Below are positions 32,261 through 42,756 of a stretch of 64,000 nt of DNA, piece by piece (positions within the stretch are counted from its first letter, which is position 1; every line of letters starts with the position of its first letter). The position numbers were made by a program, and so were the translations under genes. The notes under the pieces are model-generated. The model worked only from the letters and a program-made list of their open reading frames with translations, was not told the DNA's origin and did not search any database. This DNA is from Candidatus Binatia bacterium (GTDB lineage Bacteria > Desulfobacterota > Binatia > Bin18). The stretch is from contig CAXXHG010000046.1 of the NCBI GenBank assembly GCA_963666315.2, positions 32,001 through 96,000 on the forward strand, in the 5' to 3' direction.

Positions 32261-34327
32261 ATGATCTGGCGGCTCGCTGTTGATATTGGCGGAACGTTTA
32301 CTGACATTGTTGCTCTGGAAGAAACCAGTGGTGCGCTGCACTTAGCCAAAGTCCACAGCACCCAGGATGATCCGGCAAGCCGCTTCCTGACCGGAATCGA
32401 ACAGATCATGCAACAGGCCTCCATTGCGGCCCCAGATATCGGAGCGGTGTTTCATGGGACCACAGTTGCAACCAACGCAATCTTAGAGCGCAAATACTCG
32501 GAGCTGGGCCTCATCATCACCCAGGGCTATCGAGCAGCCTTGGAATGTGCCCGGCAAACCGTGCCTGGGGAATTTGGGGACATCACCTGGTGGATTAAAC
32601 CCCCACGCGTTGTTCCGCTTGAACGCATCCATGAGATCAGCGCCCGAATGGATGTCCAAGGGCATACTGTCCGGCCCGTGGACAACGACCAGGTTGCCGC
32701 CATTGCCCAAAGATTTAAGACAGAGGGCATTCAGGCTGTAGCGGTCTCGTTGCTGCATTCCTATCGCAACCCTGAGCATGAGGAGGAAGTCCGTCGGATT
32801 ATCCAGGATGTCTATCCCGAGTGCTTTATTTCCATCTCGTCGGATATTTTACGCGAATACCGTGAGTACGAACGCACCAATACGACGTGCTTAAACACGG
32901 CCCTTATGCCCCTCCTGTCCGCGTATCACAGCCGCATCGAACAACACTTACGCAAACGGAAAATCAGCGCTCCATTTTACATCATGCGCTCCAATGGCGG
33001 ACTGGCCCAGGCTCAAGAAATCTCTCGCTTGCCTATTGCTGCGGCCCTCTCTGGCCCGGCGGCTGGTGTCATTGCCGCCGCTCATTTTGGAGCGCAGAGC
33101 GGGGATCAGGACATAATTACTTTTGACATGGGTGGCACCTCGGCTGACATCTGCCTTGTCGAAAATGGCAAGCCCCGCATGCTGACCGAGGGGAAAATCG
33201 ATATCTATGACATCAAAACCCCAATGATCGATCTGCACACTGTTGGTGCCGGCGGAGGGTCGATTGCCTGGCTGGCAGGCGGACGTAGCCTGAAAGTTGG
33301 GCCTCATAGTGCTGGCGCGAATCCGGGGCCAGCGTGTTATGATCGTGGCGGCACCCAGCCCACGGTCACCGATGCCAATCTCGTTCTCGGTCGGATTACG
33401 CTGTCCATTGCCGGTGGAACGATTTCTCTGCATCCTACGAAAGCATCTCAAGTCATTGAAGATCTAGCGGCAGGTCTCAAACTCGATATTACAGCAGCAG
33501 CTGAGGGTATTCTGCGTATTGCCATTGAAAATATCGCGGCGGGCATTCGGACGGTCTCGGTCAAGCGCGGGCGCGATCCTCGGAGCTACGCCTTGGTAGC
33601 ATTCGGCGGAGCAGGACCGCTTCACGCCTGCTACCTCGCTGACTGGCTGGGGATGCAACGGGTCATTATTCCACCTAATCCGGGCGTTACTTCAGCCTAC
33701 GGCCTCCTGCTCACGGACGTGCGGGTTGATCTTGTTCATACCGATGTCCAACGTGAAGACCGCATGGATGTGAGCCGTATTGAGCAAGAGATGCAAGACC
33801 TTGAGCGTCGTGTCACAGCACGGCTGGGAGAAGAGGGCTTACACACACAGGGCATGCAACTGCTCCATTTTGTTGATATGCGCTACGCGAGCCAAGCGTA
33901 TGAAATTCGTATTCCGCTGCCGCAAGGAATCGCACCAGAGCCTATGCAGACGCGCATCCAGCAGGCTATCACCACATTTCACGACAGCCATAAAGATCTC
34001 TACGGCTATTCCTATGCGGGGAAAGAGCTGGTCGAACTGGTCAACGTCGGCGTGACAGGTTTAGGACTCCTTAAACGCCAGCAGGTGCCCGAAGCCCAAG
34101 CGGCAGGCAAGAGTCCGGAGCAGGCACAGACGGGTCAGACGCAAGTATATTTCTCCCATAATAAGAGTCGTGTCGACTGTCGGGTGTATGATCGCACGGC
34201 TTTGCTAACAGGTAACGAAATAGATGGCCCCGCCATTATCCAGCAGTACGATGCAACGACGGTTGTAGAACCGGGTTGGAGGGGGAGAGTCGATCAGTGG
34301 GGAACTTTGCTGCTCAACAAAAAGTAA
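32261..34327 (+). CDS. Hydantoinase/oxoprolinase family, A-type subunit 2
   Basis: AVDIGGTFTD, HGTTVATNAILE, REYERT, LSGPAAG, DMGGTSADI, PTVTDANL, FGGAGPLHA. Confidence 0.94.
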   Translation: MIWRLAVDIGGTFTDIVALEETSGALHLAKVHSTQDDPASRFLTGIEQIMQQASIAAPDIGAVFHGTTVATNAILERKYSELGLIITQGYRAALECARQTVPGEFGDITWWIKPPRVVPLERIHEISARMDVQGHTVRPVDNDQVAAIAQRFKTEGIQAVAVSLLHSYRNPEHEEEVRRIIQDVYPECFISISSDILREYREYERTNTTCLNTALMPLLSAYHSRIEQHLRKRKISAPFYIMRSNGGLAQAQEISRLPIAAALSGPAAGVIAAAHFGAQSGDQDIITFDMGGTSADICLVENGKPRMLTEGKIDIYDIKTPMIDLHTVGAGGGSIAWLAGGRSLKVGPHSAGANPGPACYDRGGTQPTVTDANLVLGRITLSIAGGTISLHPTKASQVIEDLAAGLKLDITAAAEGILRIAIENIAAGIRTVSVKRGRDPRSYALVAFGGAGPLHACYLADWLGMQRVIIPPNPGVTSAYGLLLTDVRVDLVHTDVQREDRMDVSRIEQEMQDLERRVTARLGEEGLHTQGMQLLHFVDMRYASQAYEIRIPLPQGIAPEPMQTRIQQAITTFHDSHKDLYGYSYAGKELVELVNVGVTGLGLLKRQQVPEAQAAGKSPEQAQTGQTQVYFSHNKSRVDCRVYDRTALLTGNEIDGPAIIQQYDATTVVEPGWRGRVDQWGTLLLNKK

Positions 34328-34361
34328 TCTTGCAGCAGTCTTCACCATAGGCGGAGGCAGT

Positions 34362-36386
34362 ATGCCGGACCAAAAACAGTTTTCGCGAACCTATTACGAT
34401 AAAGCCAATGAAGAAGAGGCATTTAAGGACTACGCCCCGTTCCGGTACGGCAAAGTCGAGCAAGATCCAACTGTCGCAGCGCGTGTCGAAGCGCTGCGGA
34501 GAGACCTCGACCCCATCCTAGTAGACATTGTGGATGGTGGGATTGAAGCTGCCATTATGGAGGCAGAAGCCGCAGTCGAACGCACCGCCCGGTCCACCAT
34601 TATTCGGGAACAGCATGACTACCGGGCGTCGCTCAATACACTCGATTGCCTGTCTGTCTCGCGAGTCTCATGGGCGGCTACCGCTGATCCGATTCGGATG
34701 AAATTTCCGGTTGAGAAGATCTTGGAAGGTGACGCTTTCATCTACAACGACGTGTACGAATCTGCTGGGACCATAGGCCATCTGCCCGACTACTGCATCG
34801 TCACCCCCATCTTTTGGGACCAGCGGCTGATCGGATTTGCCCAGATTTTCGGTCATGTGAATGACGTTGGCGGACGCATGGCGGGTTCTTGGCCCAATAC
34901 CTCAACCAGTATTTTCGAGGAAGGGACCATCTGCCCGCCCGTCAAGTTGTACGAAAAAGGTCAGCTCAACGAAGGACTGTACGATGTCCTGCTCAGGAAC
35001 AGCCGTTTTCCTGAGGACCTACGTGGAGACATTGACGCTTTTGTTGGCGCGAATGAAGTCATCCGACGCCGCATTACTGAATTATGCGAACGCTTTGGTG
35101 GTGATGAAGTAGAAGTCGCCTTTTATGAGATTATTGATCGCTGTGCTGAAATCGTACGCGAGAAGGGTCTCGCCCTCTTCCCTGAAGGAGAATTCACGGG
35201 TGAGGATTTTATTGAAAACGACGGTCTGACTTTAGACAAGCCAGTCAAGCTCCAGATCACCATGCGCAAGTATCCGGACAAGATGATTCTGGATTTCGAG
35301 GGGACCAGTCCCCAAGCCAAGGGTCCCATTAATTGGCCGGTGGATGGTCGCCATTACTCCAAGTGGCTCGGCGCGTTCTTTAAAGCCCAGATTCCTGGCA
35401 TCATTATCAACGAAGGTGTTACCCAAGTCTTTCGTTGTCGTATTCCTCAGCGGACGATTTTGAGCCCGGAGTTTCCCGCTCCGGTTGTGAGTCGTATGAC
35501 CTGCATGTTGCGCATGATTAGTGCCTACACAGTTGCGCTGGCCAAAGCCTTTGACGGAGAAGTTGTCGCCGACATGCAGAACATTCAGATCTATGGCCTG
35601 TACGGACAGGACTTTGACGGCAACTTATTTCTCATGCGCGAAATTTTTGGCGCAGGGTCTGGGGCTCGACCATATGCCGACGGCACCGATGTCGTAGATC
35701 TTGTCCCGTATTCGAAAAACCTCCCTGCCGAATTCATCGAACAGCGCTTTCCAGTCGAAGTGTTGCGGGTCGGTTTAGCAACTGATTCAGGTGGGGCAGG
35801 CAAGTATCGTGGCGGCCTCGGCTATGAAAAGGAGATTCGAACGCTTGTCGACGGCCATTATCTGACGGTCACCGAACGCACTGCCTTTGCCTGCACAGGC
35901 ATCAAAGGCGGCAAATGGGGCGCTCCGAGTTCCTGTATTAAGAACCCTGGAACACCACAAGAAGAGCACGTCTATTTCAGCCGTGACGCCATCCCTGTGA
36001 AAGCTGGTGACATCGTTCGCCTCACCACGCCAGGCGGTGGTGGTTGGGGCGATCCGTTAGAACGTGAAATCGAAGCCGTCCGAATGGATGTGATACGTCA
36101 GCTCGTTTCCCTTGAAAGTGCACAGCGGGATTATGGTGTGGTCATGGACCCGGTCTCGCATGAAGTCGATCAGTCAGGTACAGAAAAACTCCGCAAACGT
36201 AGTGCCGAAGAACGCGGACCGGTCAAACTCATCGACCGTGGGCCGTATGCAGAGACGTTAATCAAAAAGGGATTGCTGGAGGTTTCCGACCCAGAGCTTG
36301 AGTGTCTCAGTTGTGCGGACGACAAAATTTTAGACAAGTATTGGAAGGATCTGTATAAGTATACGGTAAGACCTTTGAGCGGATAG
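34362..36386 (+). CDS. Hydantoinase B/oxoprolinase family (metal-binding) subunit 1
   Basis: RTARSTIIREQHD, NDVY...GHLPD, GHVNDVGG, IFEEG, DSGGAGKYRGG, TPGGGGWGDP. Confidence 0.94.
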   Translation: MPDQKQFSRTYYDKANEEEAFKDYAPFRYGKVEQDPTVAARVEALRRDLDPILVDIVDGGIEAAIMEAEAAVERTARSTIIREQHDYRASLNTLDCLSVSRVSWAATADPIRMKFPVEKILEGDAFIYNDVYESAGTIGHLPDYCIVTPIFWDQRLIGFAQIFGHVNDVGGRMAGSWPNTSTSIFEEGTICPPVKLYEKGQLNEGLYDVLLRNSRFPEDLRGDIDAFVGANEVIRRRITELCERFGGDEVEVAFYEIIDRCAEIVREKGLALFPEGEFTGEDFIENDGLTLDKPVKLQITMRKYPDKMILDFEGTSPQAKGPINWPVDGRHYSKWLGAFFKAQIPGIIINEGVTQVFRCRIPQRTILSPEFPAPVVSRMTCMLRMISAYTVALAKAFDGEVVADMQNIQIYGLYGQDFDGNLFLMREIFGAGSGARPYADGTDVVDLVPYSKNLPAEFIEQRFPVEVLRVGLATDSGGAGKYRGGLGYEKEIRTLVDGHYLTVTERTAFACTGIKGGKWGAPSSCIKNPGTPQEEHVYFSRDAIPVKAGDIVRLTTPGGGGWGDPLEREIEAVRMDVIRQLVSLESAQRDYGVVMDPVSHEVDQSGTEKLRKRSAEERGPVKLIDRGPYAETLIKKGLLEVSDPELECLSCADDKILDKYWKDLYKYTVRPLSG

Positions 36387-36391
36387 AGATC

Positions 36392-36453
36392 GTAGAATGG
36401 GGCTAGCGTAACGCGACCTGCCACAAATAGGGTGAGTCATTGAGCCAGTCTAC
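36392..36453. repeat. Degenerate GTAG...CTAC REP-like doublet
   Basis: GTAGAATGGGGCTAGCGTAACGCGACC...GAGCCAGTCTAC. Confidence 0.5.
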
Positions 36454-36516
36454 TTCGCTGAGTGTTTTTATCTTTCCTTGAGCATCCTTATTGCATATTT
36501 TAATAGAATATTAATT

Positions 36517-36681
36517 ATGGAAACCATCTCTCTCAAGTTATCCGAAGAACTGCTCAAAACGAGTGGCCAATGCGCCGAGTTCCTCCAGTTATCGAGAGCC
36601 GAATACATTCGCCGATCTATCGCGAGGATGAATAGCGATACCCGCAAACAGCGCCGAGCTAAACGGTTTGCCGATGCCTCC
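36517..36681 (+). pseudogene. Ribbon-helix-helix (CopG-like) antitoxin, 3'-truncated
   Basis: METISLKLSEELL.......LQLSRAEYIRRSI; cut by a putative IS end, with no toxin following. Confidence 0.65.
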
Positions 36682-36750
36682 GAGGTCTTGTCAATAAGTG
36701 TGTAAACAGCAGAGCTGGCGGGGCGGGCGGCTTACGCCGCTCGCCCCGCC
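36682..36750. mobile_element. Putative IS256-like terminal repeat remnant plus GC hairpin
   Basis: GAGGTCTTGTCAATAAGTGTGTAAAC resembles IS256-family ends (TGTCAA...GTGTAAA; from memory). It is followed by a 15-bp stem at 36717-36750 and lies between two truncated genes. Confidence 0.45.
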
Positions 36751-36819
36751 CCCCAAAGGCCGAAGGGCCACAGGACGACTAGCGGACGCAACGAAAACCA
36801 ATAACGCTGTTCGCGTCCG

Positions 36820-38445
36820 ACGGCCCGATCTTCGACGAGGCCCTAGATTTTACCTGTGCGATTGCATCCCCAAAAGGAGAAATGCTTGCGGTTGCCGAAT
36901 TTTGCCCAGCCCAGATTGGTGGCATGCCGCTCCTGATTCGTTCCTGTCTGCAAGAAATCCCTCGGGAAGAGATCGAGCCGGGAGACGTCTTGGTGCACAA
37001 CGACCCCTATCGGGGCGGGCTGCATACACCTGAGCATACCCTCTTTTGCCCGGTCTACGTTGACGATGAACTGATGGCCTTTAGCGTCGCCATCGGCCAT
37101 ATCGCCGAGGTTGGGGGCATGGTGCCCGGCGGCTTCCCAGCTGAGGCAACCGAGATTTTCTATGAGGGCATCCGCGTCCCGCCGGTTAAAATCAGAAAGC
37201 GGGGCAAAGATGTCGCAGAGGTCTGGAAGATGTGGCTCGCGAACGTTCGGACGCCTCGTTACAACAATGGAGATATGCGGGCCTTGATTGCAGGCGTCGA
37301 GGTTGGCACTGACCGACTGACCCGGATCATCAACAAATACGGCCGTGAGGTGTTCCGTACGACCTGTCGCGACCTCATGGATTATTCAGAAGCGCGCATG
37401 CGCGCAGAAATCAGCGCTATTCCTAACGGCAAATATTACTTTGTAGACTATATGGATAACGACGGAGTGTCGGATTCAGAGATCCGCATTGAAACCAACT
37501 GCTACGTCCAGGATGAGACTATTGTGGTTGATTTCACGGGCAGCAAGCCCCAAGTCCGGGGTCCGATCAATGCCACGCTGGGCGTCACCTGGTCGGCATC
37601 GTATAATGCCATCCTGCACTTGACTGACCCATCCATCCCCAAGAACTCCGGCTGCTTTCGGCCCATAAAAGTCATTGCGCCCCAAGGCACCATCGTCAAT
37701 GTTGACTATCCCGCCCCGGAGGTCGGCGGGAATACAGAAACCCATCCTCGTATCGCCGGTGTCGTCATAGGCGCGCTCGCTCAAGCCACGCCGGAACGTG
37801 CCATGGCGGCGGAAGGCGGCACTCATCTGAATTTTGTGTTCGGCGGACATGATAAGAAAAATGATGAGTATTTTGCCTGCTATGACATTGAGACCGTCGG
37901 CTGGGGCGCCCGCCCATTTGCGGATGGGAATGATGCCACCGATTCTATTAAGGGTAATTGCCGGGTGATCCCGGTGGAAGTGTATGAGACGCGCTATCCG
38001 TGGCTGACGGAAGAATACAGCCTGCGTCCGGACTCGGGGGGAGCGGGCCAATACCGAGACGGATTGGGGACGCGCAAGGTCTGGCGGTGTATAGATGCGG
38101 AAATCACCTGCAGTCAGCTCACCTACCGACATGAGCATCAAGCCTGGGGTTTGCACGGCGGTGGGAAGGGCGCACCCCGACAAACCTTATTCAAAGCCGC
38201 CGAGAGTGAGACATGGCAGACTATGGTCGAAGCGTTTCAGAAACGCTCAACCAAGCAAATGGTCGAATGTTCGTATCCAGCCCGGCGACCGGATACAACT
38301 CTTAACTCCCGGCGGAGGTGGGTGGCGTAATCCGCGAGAACACGATCCCACCCTGATTGAAGAAGACCTGGCCGAAGGCTGGGTCAGCCCAGAGGCCGCC
38401 CGGACCGAGTACGGCCTTGAGCGCGGCGTTAATCGGAAGAGGTAA
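36820..38445 (+). pseudogene. Hydantoinase B family subunit 2, 5'-truncated and frameshifted near the 3' end
   Basis: Homology starts at PIFDEALDFTCAI, upstream of ATG 36882. NDPYRGGLHTPE, GHIAEVGG. Frameshift near 38250 to SKWSNV..QPGD..TPGGGGW..P. Confidence 0.85.
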
Positions 38446-38450
38446 GGAAT

Positions 38451-38663
38451 TTGCGATTTTCTGAGAACGGCTATTATATCGAACGCTATGTGAAGTGTGA
38501 TAACTGCGGCGTCCTTATCTACGATGAGAGCATTCCGGTCCAGCAACAAGAACATGGTGCCATGATTTTTTGTTCTGCCTGCTGCCAAGAATGGAAGGCC
38601 CAAAAACTAACAGGCGTAGATAGACCACAGGTTTCCATTGCATTTGAGGCGGATGGCTCATGA
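38451..38663 (+). CDS. Small Zn-finger-like protein (CxxC...FCSxxC)
   Basis: 70 aa; KCDNCG...FCSACCQEW; 5 nt after the hydantoinase B2 stop. Confidence 0.7.
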   Translation: MRFSENGYYIERYVKCDNCGVLIYDESIPVQQQEHGAMIFCSACCQEWKAQKLTGVDRPQVSIAFEADGS

Positions 38664-38721
38664 AACACAGCAGGCGAACCCACCTTCCTAGCTCAGCATG
38701 GCGAAAAAAAGGAGAGACGTT

Positions 38722-39117
38722 ATGCGTATTGAAGCTAACAAACAACTCGTTCGCGACGCGTATGCATCAATCTCCGCCGGCAACCTCGGCGGATTTATGG
38801 ACCGCCTCAGCGATGACGTGACCTGGACGTTTTTCGGCTCCCACCGTTTCGCAAAAACGTTCAACGGCAAAGAGGACATCACCCGGAATCTATTCGACGT
38901 CCTGGGCGCCCAGCTTGAGGGCAGCCTCACCGTCAACGTGAAAAATCTCGTTGCCGAAGGGAATCAAGTCGTGGTCGAGGCGCTCGGCGAGTCGCGCACC
39001 AAGGACGGACGAGACTATAACAACATCTATTGTCTCGTCCTCAGACTCGAAGACGAGAAAATTGCGGAGATTCGCGAATATTTGGATACTGAGCTGGTCA
39101 AAAGCATCTTTGGTTAA
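38722..39117 (+). CDS. NTF2/SnoaL-like protein
   Basis: NKQLVR, LSDDVTW, VAEGNQVVVE, YNNIYC, EIREYLDT. Confidence 0.88.
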   Translation: MRIEANKQLVRDAYASISAGNLGGFMDRLSDDVTWTFFGSHRFAKTFNGKEDITRNLFDVLGAQLEGSLTVNVKNLVAEGNQVVVEALGESRTKDGRDYNNIYCLVLRLEDEKIAEIREYLDTELVKSIFG

Positions 39118-39134
39118 TAGGCCAAGGGGACAGC

Positions 39135-39899
39135 ATGGCGGAAGAAATCTTATACGAGCATCGTGGACGTGTTGTCATTATCACCATCAACCGTCCCGAG
39201 TCGCGCAACGCGATCAATATCGGCGTGCGCGAGGGTTTGTTTGCGGCCTGGGGACGTTTTGAAAAAGACACTGCTGCGCGTGCGGCTATCCTCACTGGCG
39301 CAGGAGACAAAGCCTTTTGCGCGGGAGCGGATTTGAAGGAGATGTCGCACAAGAAGCTGGGCGTACTTCCGCGCAATTTCATGCCGACGCTCAACATGAA
39401 CGTTCACGTCACCAAGCCGGTGATCGCGGCGGTGAACGGGGTCGCGTATGCAGGCGGTTGGGCGCTGGTGCAGATGTGTGACATTGTCATGGCTTCTGAA
39501 ACCGCACGCTTCGCCATCACCGAGGCCAAAGTCGGTCGTGGTATGCCCTGGGCGGTTCCGCTCACACATTTGATTCCGCAAAAGGTATTACTCGAAATTC
39601 TCATGACGGGCGATCCGGTCAGCGCCCAGCGCGCCTACGAGATCGGCTTTGTGAATCATGTCGTTCCTGCGGACCAGCTCATGCCCAAAGCGCTGGAGAT
39701 CGCCGCAGCCATTGCCGAGAATGCACCCCTCACCGTCGCTGCGGCCAAAGAGATGGTGTATATGGCAACCGATATGGGCCGCCAAGCCGGGCTTGAGGCG
39801 GCCCGCCACCTCTTTGAGCATGTCTATAGTAGTGATGACGCCCAGGAAGGGCCACGCGCGTTTGCACAGAAGCGCAAGCCCAACTGGAAGGGCCGCTAA
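39135..39899 (+). CDS. Enoyl-CoA hydratase/isomerase
   Basis: INRPESRNA, AFCAGADL, KPVIAAVNG.A.AGG, DAQEGPRAF.QKRKP.WKGR. Confidence 0.93.
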   Translation: MAEEILYEHRGRVVIITINRPESRNAINIGVREGLFAAWGRFEKDTAARAAILTGAGDKAFCAGADLKEMSHKKLGVLPRNFMPTLNMNVHVTKPVIAAVNGVAYAGGWALVQMCDIVMASETARFAITEAKVGRGMPWAVPLTHLIPQKVLLEILMTGDPVSAQRAYEIGFVNHVVPADQLMPKALEIAAAIAENAPLTVAAAKEMVYMATDMGRQAGLEAARHLFEHVYSSDDAQEGPRAFAQKRKPNWKGR

Positions 39900-39926
39900 C
39901 GACTACGAGTATTTGGTTCAAAAAAA

Positions 39927-39951
39927 GTAGGTCTTGAAGGACCCACCCTAC
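39927..39951. repeat. GTAG-type REP-like element
   Basis: GTAGGTCTTGAAGGACCCACCCTAC; shares AAGGACCCAYCCTA with 41500-41576. Confidence 0.55.
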
Positions 39952-40158
39952 ACGCCTGACGACTCAACCAGGCGTAACCGACACCTGCTCCTCTCCACAC
40001 TGTTGTCAATTTGGATATTTTTTATCATTATCGAACCAGCATTGGAATAGTTATGAGTTGCCAACCAGCCGGGGGTAAGGCTGGACGATCATCATCTGTG
40101 ACTAGGTCCAGCTTCTTCATTCTCAGGAAAATCGTAGCTCTCGCGAAGGAGGAAGAAG

Positions 40159-40960
40159 ATGGCTGTTGACCCTAGGCTGCCGCGTAAAATTTTGGTCGTC
40201 CATGACGTTCAGACTTCCACGGACGCCCAGCAAAACCAACATAAAAAAATTGAGGCGCTTGTGAAGGACCGCCTCAACGGACTGCCGATCAATTTTGCGA
40301 CCGAGATGTACCGTTACGAGAATCTGAATGATGCAGCCCAAAAAAAGTTCCGCACAGTTCTCAATCTCTTCCTGACGCCGCTGAAGGCCGAGGTTCCTCT
40401 CGGTTGGGTCGATCCTGCGATAGATCTTGTGGGAGATGTGGTGATCGCACTCAAGGACGATTCAACCGCAGCCAAGATCCGTAAGGGTCTTTCGAACCGT
40501 ATCCTGCAAATCTATGACAAAGGCAATCCATGCTACGTCGTGGCCCATAGTCTGGGCTCTATCTATGCATTCGTTGTCATTAATCAGCTCATTACGGAAA
40601 ATGGCCTCTTTGATCGCGATCGTCGCCGAACCTGGCCGGTGCAGGGCTTAGTGACCATAGGCTCGCCGGTCGGCTTGTCCATGTTTAAACGCAACAAAGT
40701 CAAGAATATGGGGCCGGGCAGAAAGCTTCTGCGTTGGATCAATTACTGCGATCGAACCGATCCGGTTGTGAGTGGCTCCTTCTACGGAAAGCCCCACCAA
40801 GGCTACACTATTGTAGAACGCTTCAGCCAAGACGGACCCGATACCGGCTGGTTTATCCAGGATCGCGTCGTCGATATTGGCCGAGCCTGGCTGCTGGCCC
40901 ACTTCGGCTATTGGGATCACCCTGCGATTGGAGATGCCTGATTACGCTTATCTCCAGCTA
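40159..40960 (+). CDS. Alpha/beta hydrolase (lipase-like); last codons probably frameshifted
   Basis: VAHSLGS nucleophile elbow, VTIGSP, WINY.DRTDPV, AHFGYW. Stop at 40941; one added C gives DALITLISS*. Confidence 0.75.
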
Positions 40961-40977
40961 AAAGGAAGGGAAGACTC

Positions 40978-41478
40978 ATGAAAAAAATACTCGGGCTGAC
41001 TCTCCTTGTAGTGGTCATCTCAAGTTGTACGACGTATCAGTACCATGGCCGGATCAATGCCAAGAACAGCACCGGTGAAAATGCCCAAGTACTGGCATAT
41101 TGGCAGGCTACGCATCGTACGCTCTGGTATGACACGTATGCGGGAGCCGTCCGGGTGAAGACCCAGTGCAGTCCACCCACGCTCGTCTTCAATGAACGCG
41201 AAGACGGTATCGTCGCGCTGTGGGAGCCAGGTCTTGTCAAAGAAGACGGCAGTGGAGGAAGGGGGACCATTTGCGGGCGGGTGATTGGCGCGAAGCGGAT
41301 TCAAGACTTAGAAACCGGGCCGCTCCAGATCGAGGTCTAATGTAAAGCCGAGGTAGATGAGTTCGATGTCACTTCTGTGGACTCTTCTTTTATCGTACCA
41401 CAGGCCACGCCGTATACCTTCCAGATATCCAGAGAAAAGGGCAAAGACGCTCCCCCGGTTTCGAGATGTGTGCGGTAG
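40978..41478 (+). pseudogene. Lipoprotein with probable internal nonsense TAA
   Basis: MKK + hydrophobic stretch + ISSC lipobox. The frame stays open for 45 codons after TAA 41338-41340 (CKAEVDEF...RCVR*). Confidence 0.6.
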
Positions 41479-41499
41479 AGGGCTGTGGAGCGCAGAATC

Positions 41500-41576
41500 G
41501 TAGGGCGGGTTAAACGCAGAGCAACCCACTAAAAGAAAAGGTGGGTCCCTTCAGACGTTTTAAAGGACCCATCCTA
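41500..41576. repeat. GTAG-type REP-like doublet
   Basis: GTAGGGCGGGTTAAACGCAGAGCAACCCAC...GTGGGTCCCTT...AAGGACCCATCCTA. Confidence 0.55.
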
Positions 41577-41595
41577 GCCTCAAAAATCCAGCAGC

Positions 41596-42756
41596 TTACT
41601 TTCCCGCAGCCCGGACGCCGATCGCGCCGCACCCACGAAGTTGCTCGACCTCCGCGGCATTAAAACCCCAATCGCGTAACGCTTCTTCGGTATGCTGACC
41701 AGGACTGGCAGGCGGACCCTGGATAGCGCTGGGGGTACGGCTAAAACGGGGTGCCGGGGCCGGTTGTGGAACGCCGTCGACCTCGACAAAGGTTCCCCGT
41801 TCTTGGTTATGCGGATGACTCGGCGCTTCCCCCATATTAAGGACAGGCGCGAAGCATATATCGCTCCCCTCGAGCAGCTCATTCCACTCAGCCCGTGTCT
41901 TGGTCTTGAAAATAACCGCTAATTTCTGTGTTAAGTCCGGCCATTCAGAGCGATCATTCTGAGGCGGCAGCTCTTCTCGTTCCAATCCGGTCAGGCGTAG
42001 CAGTTCGGCATAGAACTTGGGCTCAATCGAACCGATGGAGATATATTGCTCATCGCTGGTTTCGTACACATTGTAATAATGTGCGCCAGTGTCCAGAATA
42101 TTTTCTCCGCGATTATCCGTCCACTTCCCAGCCGCGCGTAAACCATAGATCGCAGTCATGAGCGAGGCTGCCCCATCAATCATGGCCACGTCGATGACCT
42201 GGCCTTTACCCGACTTCTGCGTTTCCAGCAGCGCGCCGACCACACCCAGGGCAAGAAAGACACCACCCCCACCGAAGTCGCCGACCAGGTTGAGCGGGGG
42301 AAGCGGGGCTTCACCTCGTCGGCCAATAGAGTGCAATGCGCCTGTCAAGGCAATATAGTTAATGTCATGGCCGACCATCTTGGCCAGCGGCCCTTCCTGC
42401 CCCCAGCCAGTCATGCGTCCAAAGACCAGACGCGGGTTTCGTCCCAGGCACACGTCCGGGCCAAGTCCCAAACGTTCCATAACCCCAGGTCGAAAGCCTT
42501 CGATCACGGCATCGGCCTGCTCGATGAGTTTGAGCGCGGCCTCGGTGCCTTCTTTCTTCTTGAGATCAATCGCGACGGAACGGCGGCCACGACCCAGCAG
42601 GTTGAACTTGGCATCCATCGCAATGCCCAGATTTGCATCCGCTGCCCGGTCTATCAGTAATACCTCGGCTCCCATATCCGAAAGCAGCATGCCACACATT
42701 GGCGCAGGACCGATGCCCGCGAATTCCACGACTTTGTACCCAGATAATACGCCCAT
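41596..42756 (-). CDS. CaiB/BaiF family, alpha-methylacyl-CoA racemase-like
   Basis: EFAGIGPAP, EGFRPGVMERLGLGP, GHDINY, PLNLVGDFGGG, PAPAPRFSRT. Confidence 0.93.
   Translation of the reverse strand: MGVLSGYKVVEFAGIGPAPMCGMLLSDMGAEVLLIDRAADANLGIAMDAKFNLLGRGRRSVAIDLKKKEGTEAALKLIEQADAVIEGFRPGVMERLGLGPDVCLGRNPRLVFGRMTGWGQEGPLAKMVGHDINYIALTGALHSIGRRGEAPLPPLNLVGDFGGGGVFLALGVVGALLETQKSGKGQVIDVAMIDGAASLMTAIYGLRAAGKWTDNRGENILDTGAHYYNVYETSDEQYISIGSIEPKFYAELLRLTGLEREELPPQNDRSEWPDLTQKLAVIFKTKTRAEWNELLEGSDICFAPVLNMGEAPSHPHNQERGTFVEVDGVPQPAPAPRFSRTPSAIQGPPASPGQHTEEALRDWGFNAAEVEQLRGCGAIGVRAAGK

Noticed and set aside
18703-40941. Other premature TGA codons (18705, 22017, 40939) as selenocysteine
   Set aside because: Homology or plausible coding sequence continues in a different frame, not in frame, and none sits at a Cys-type motif.
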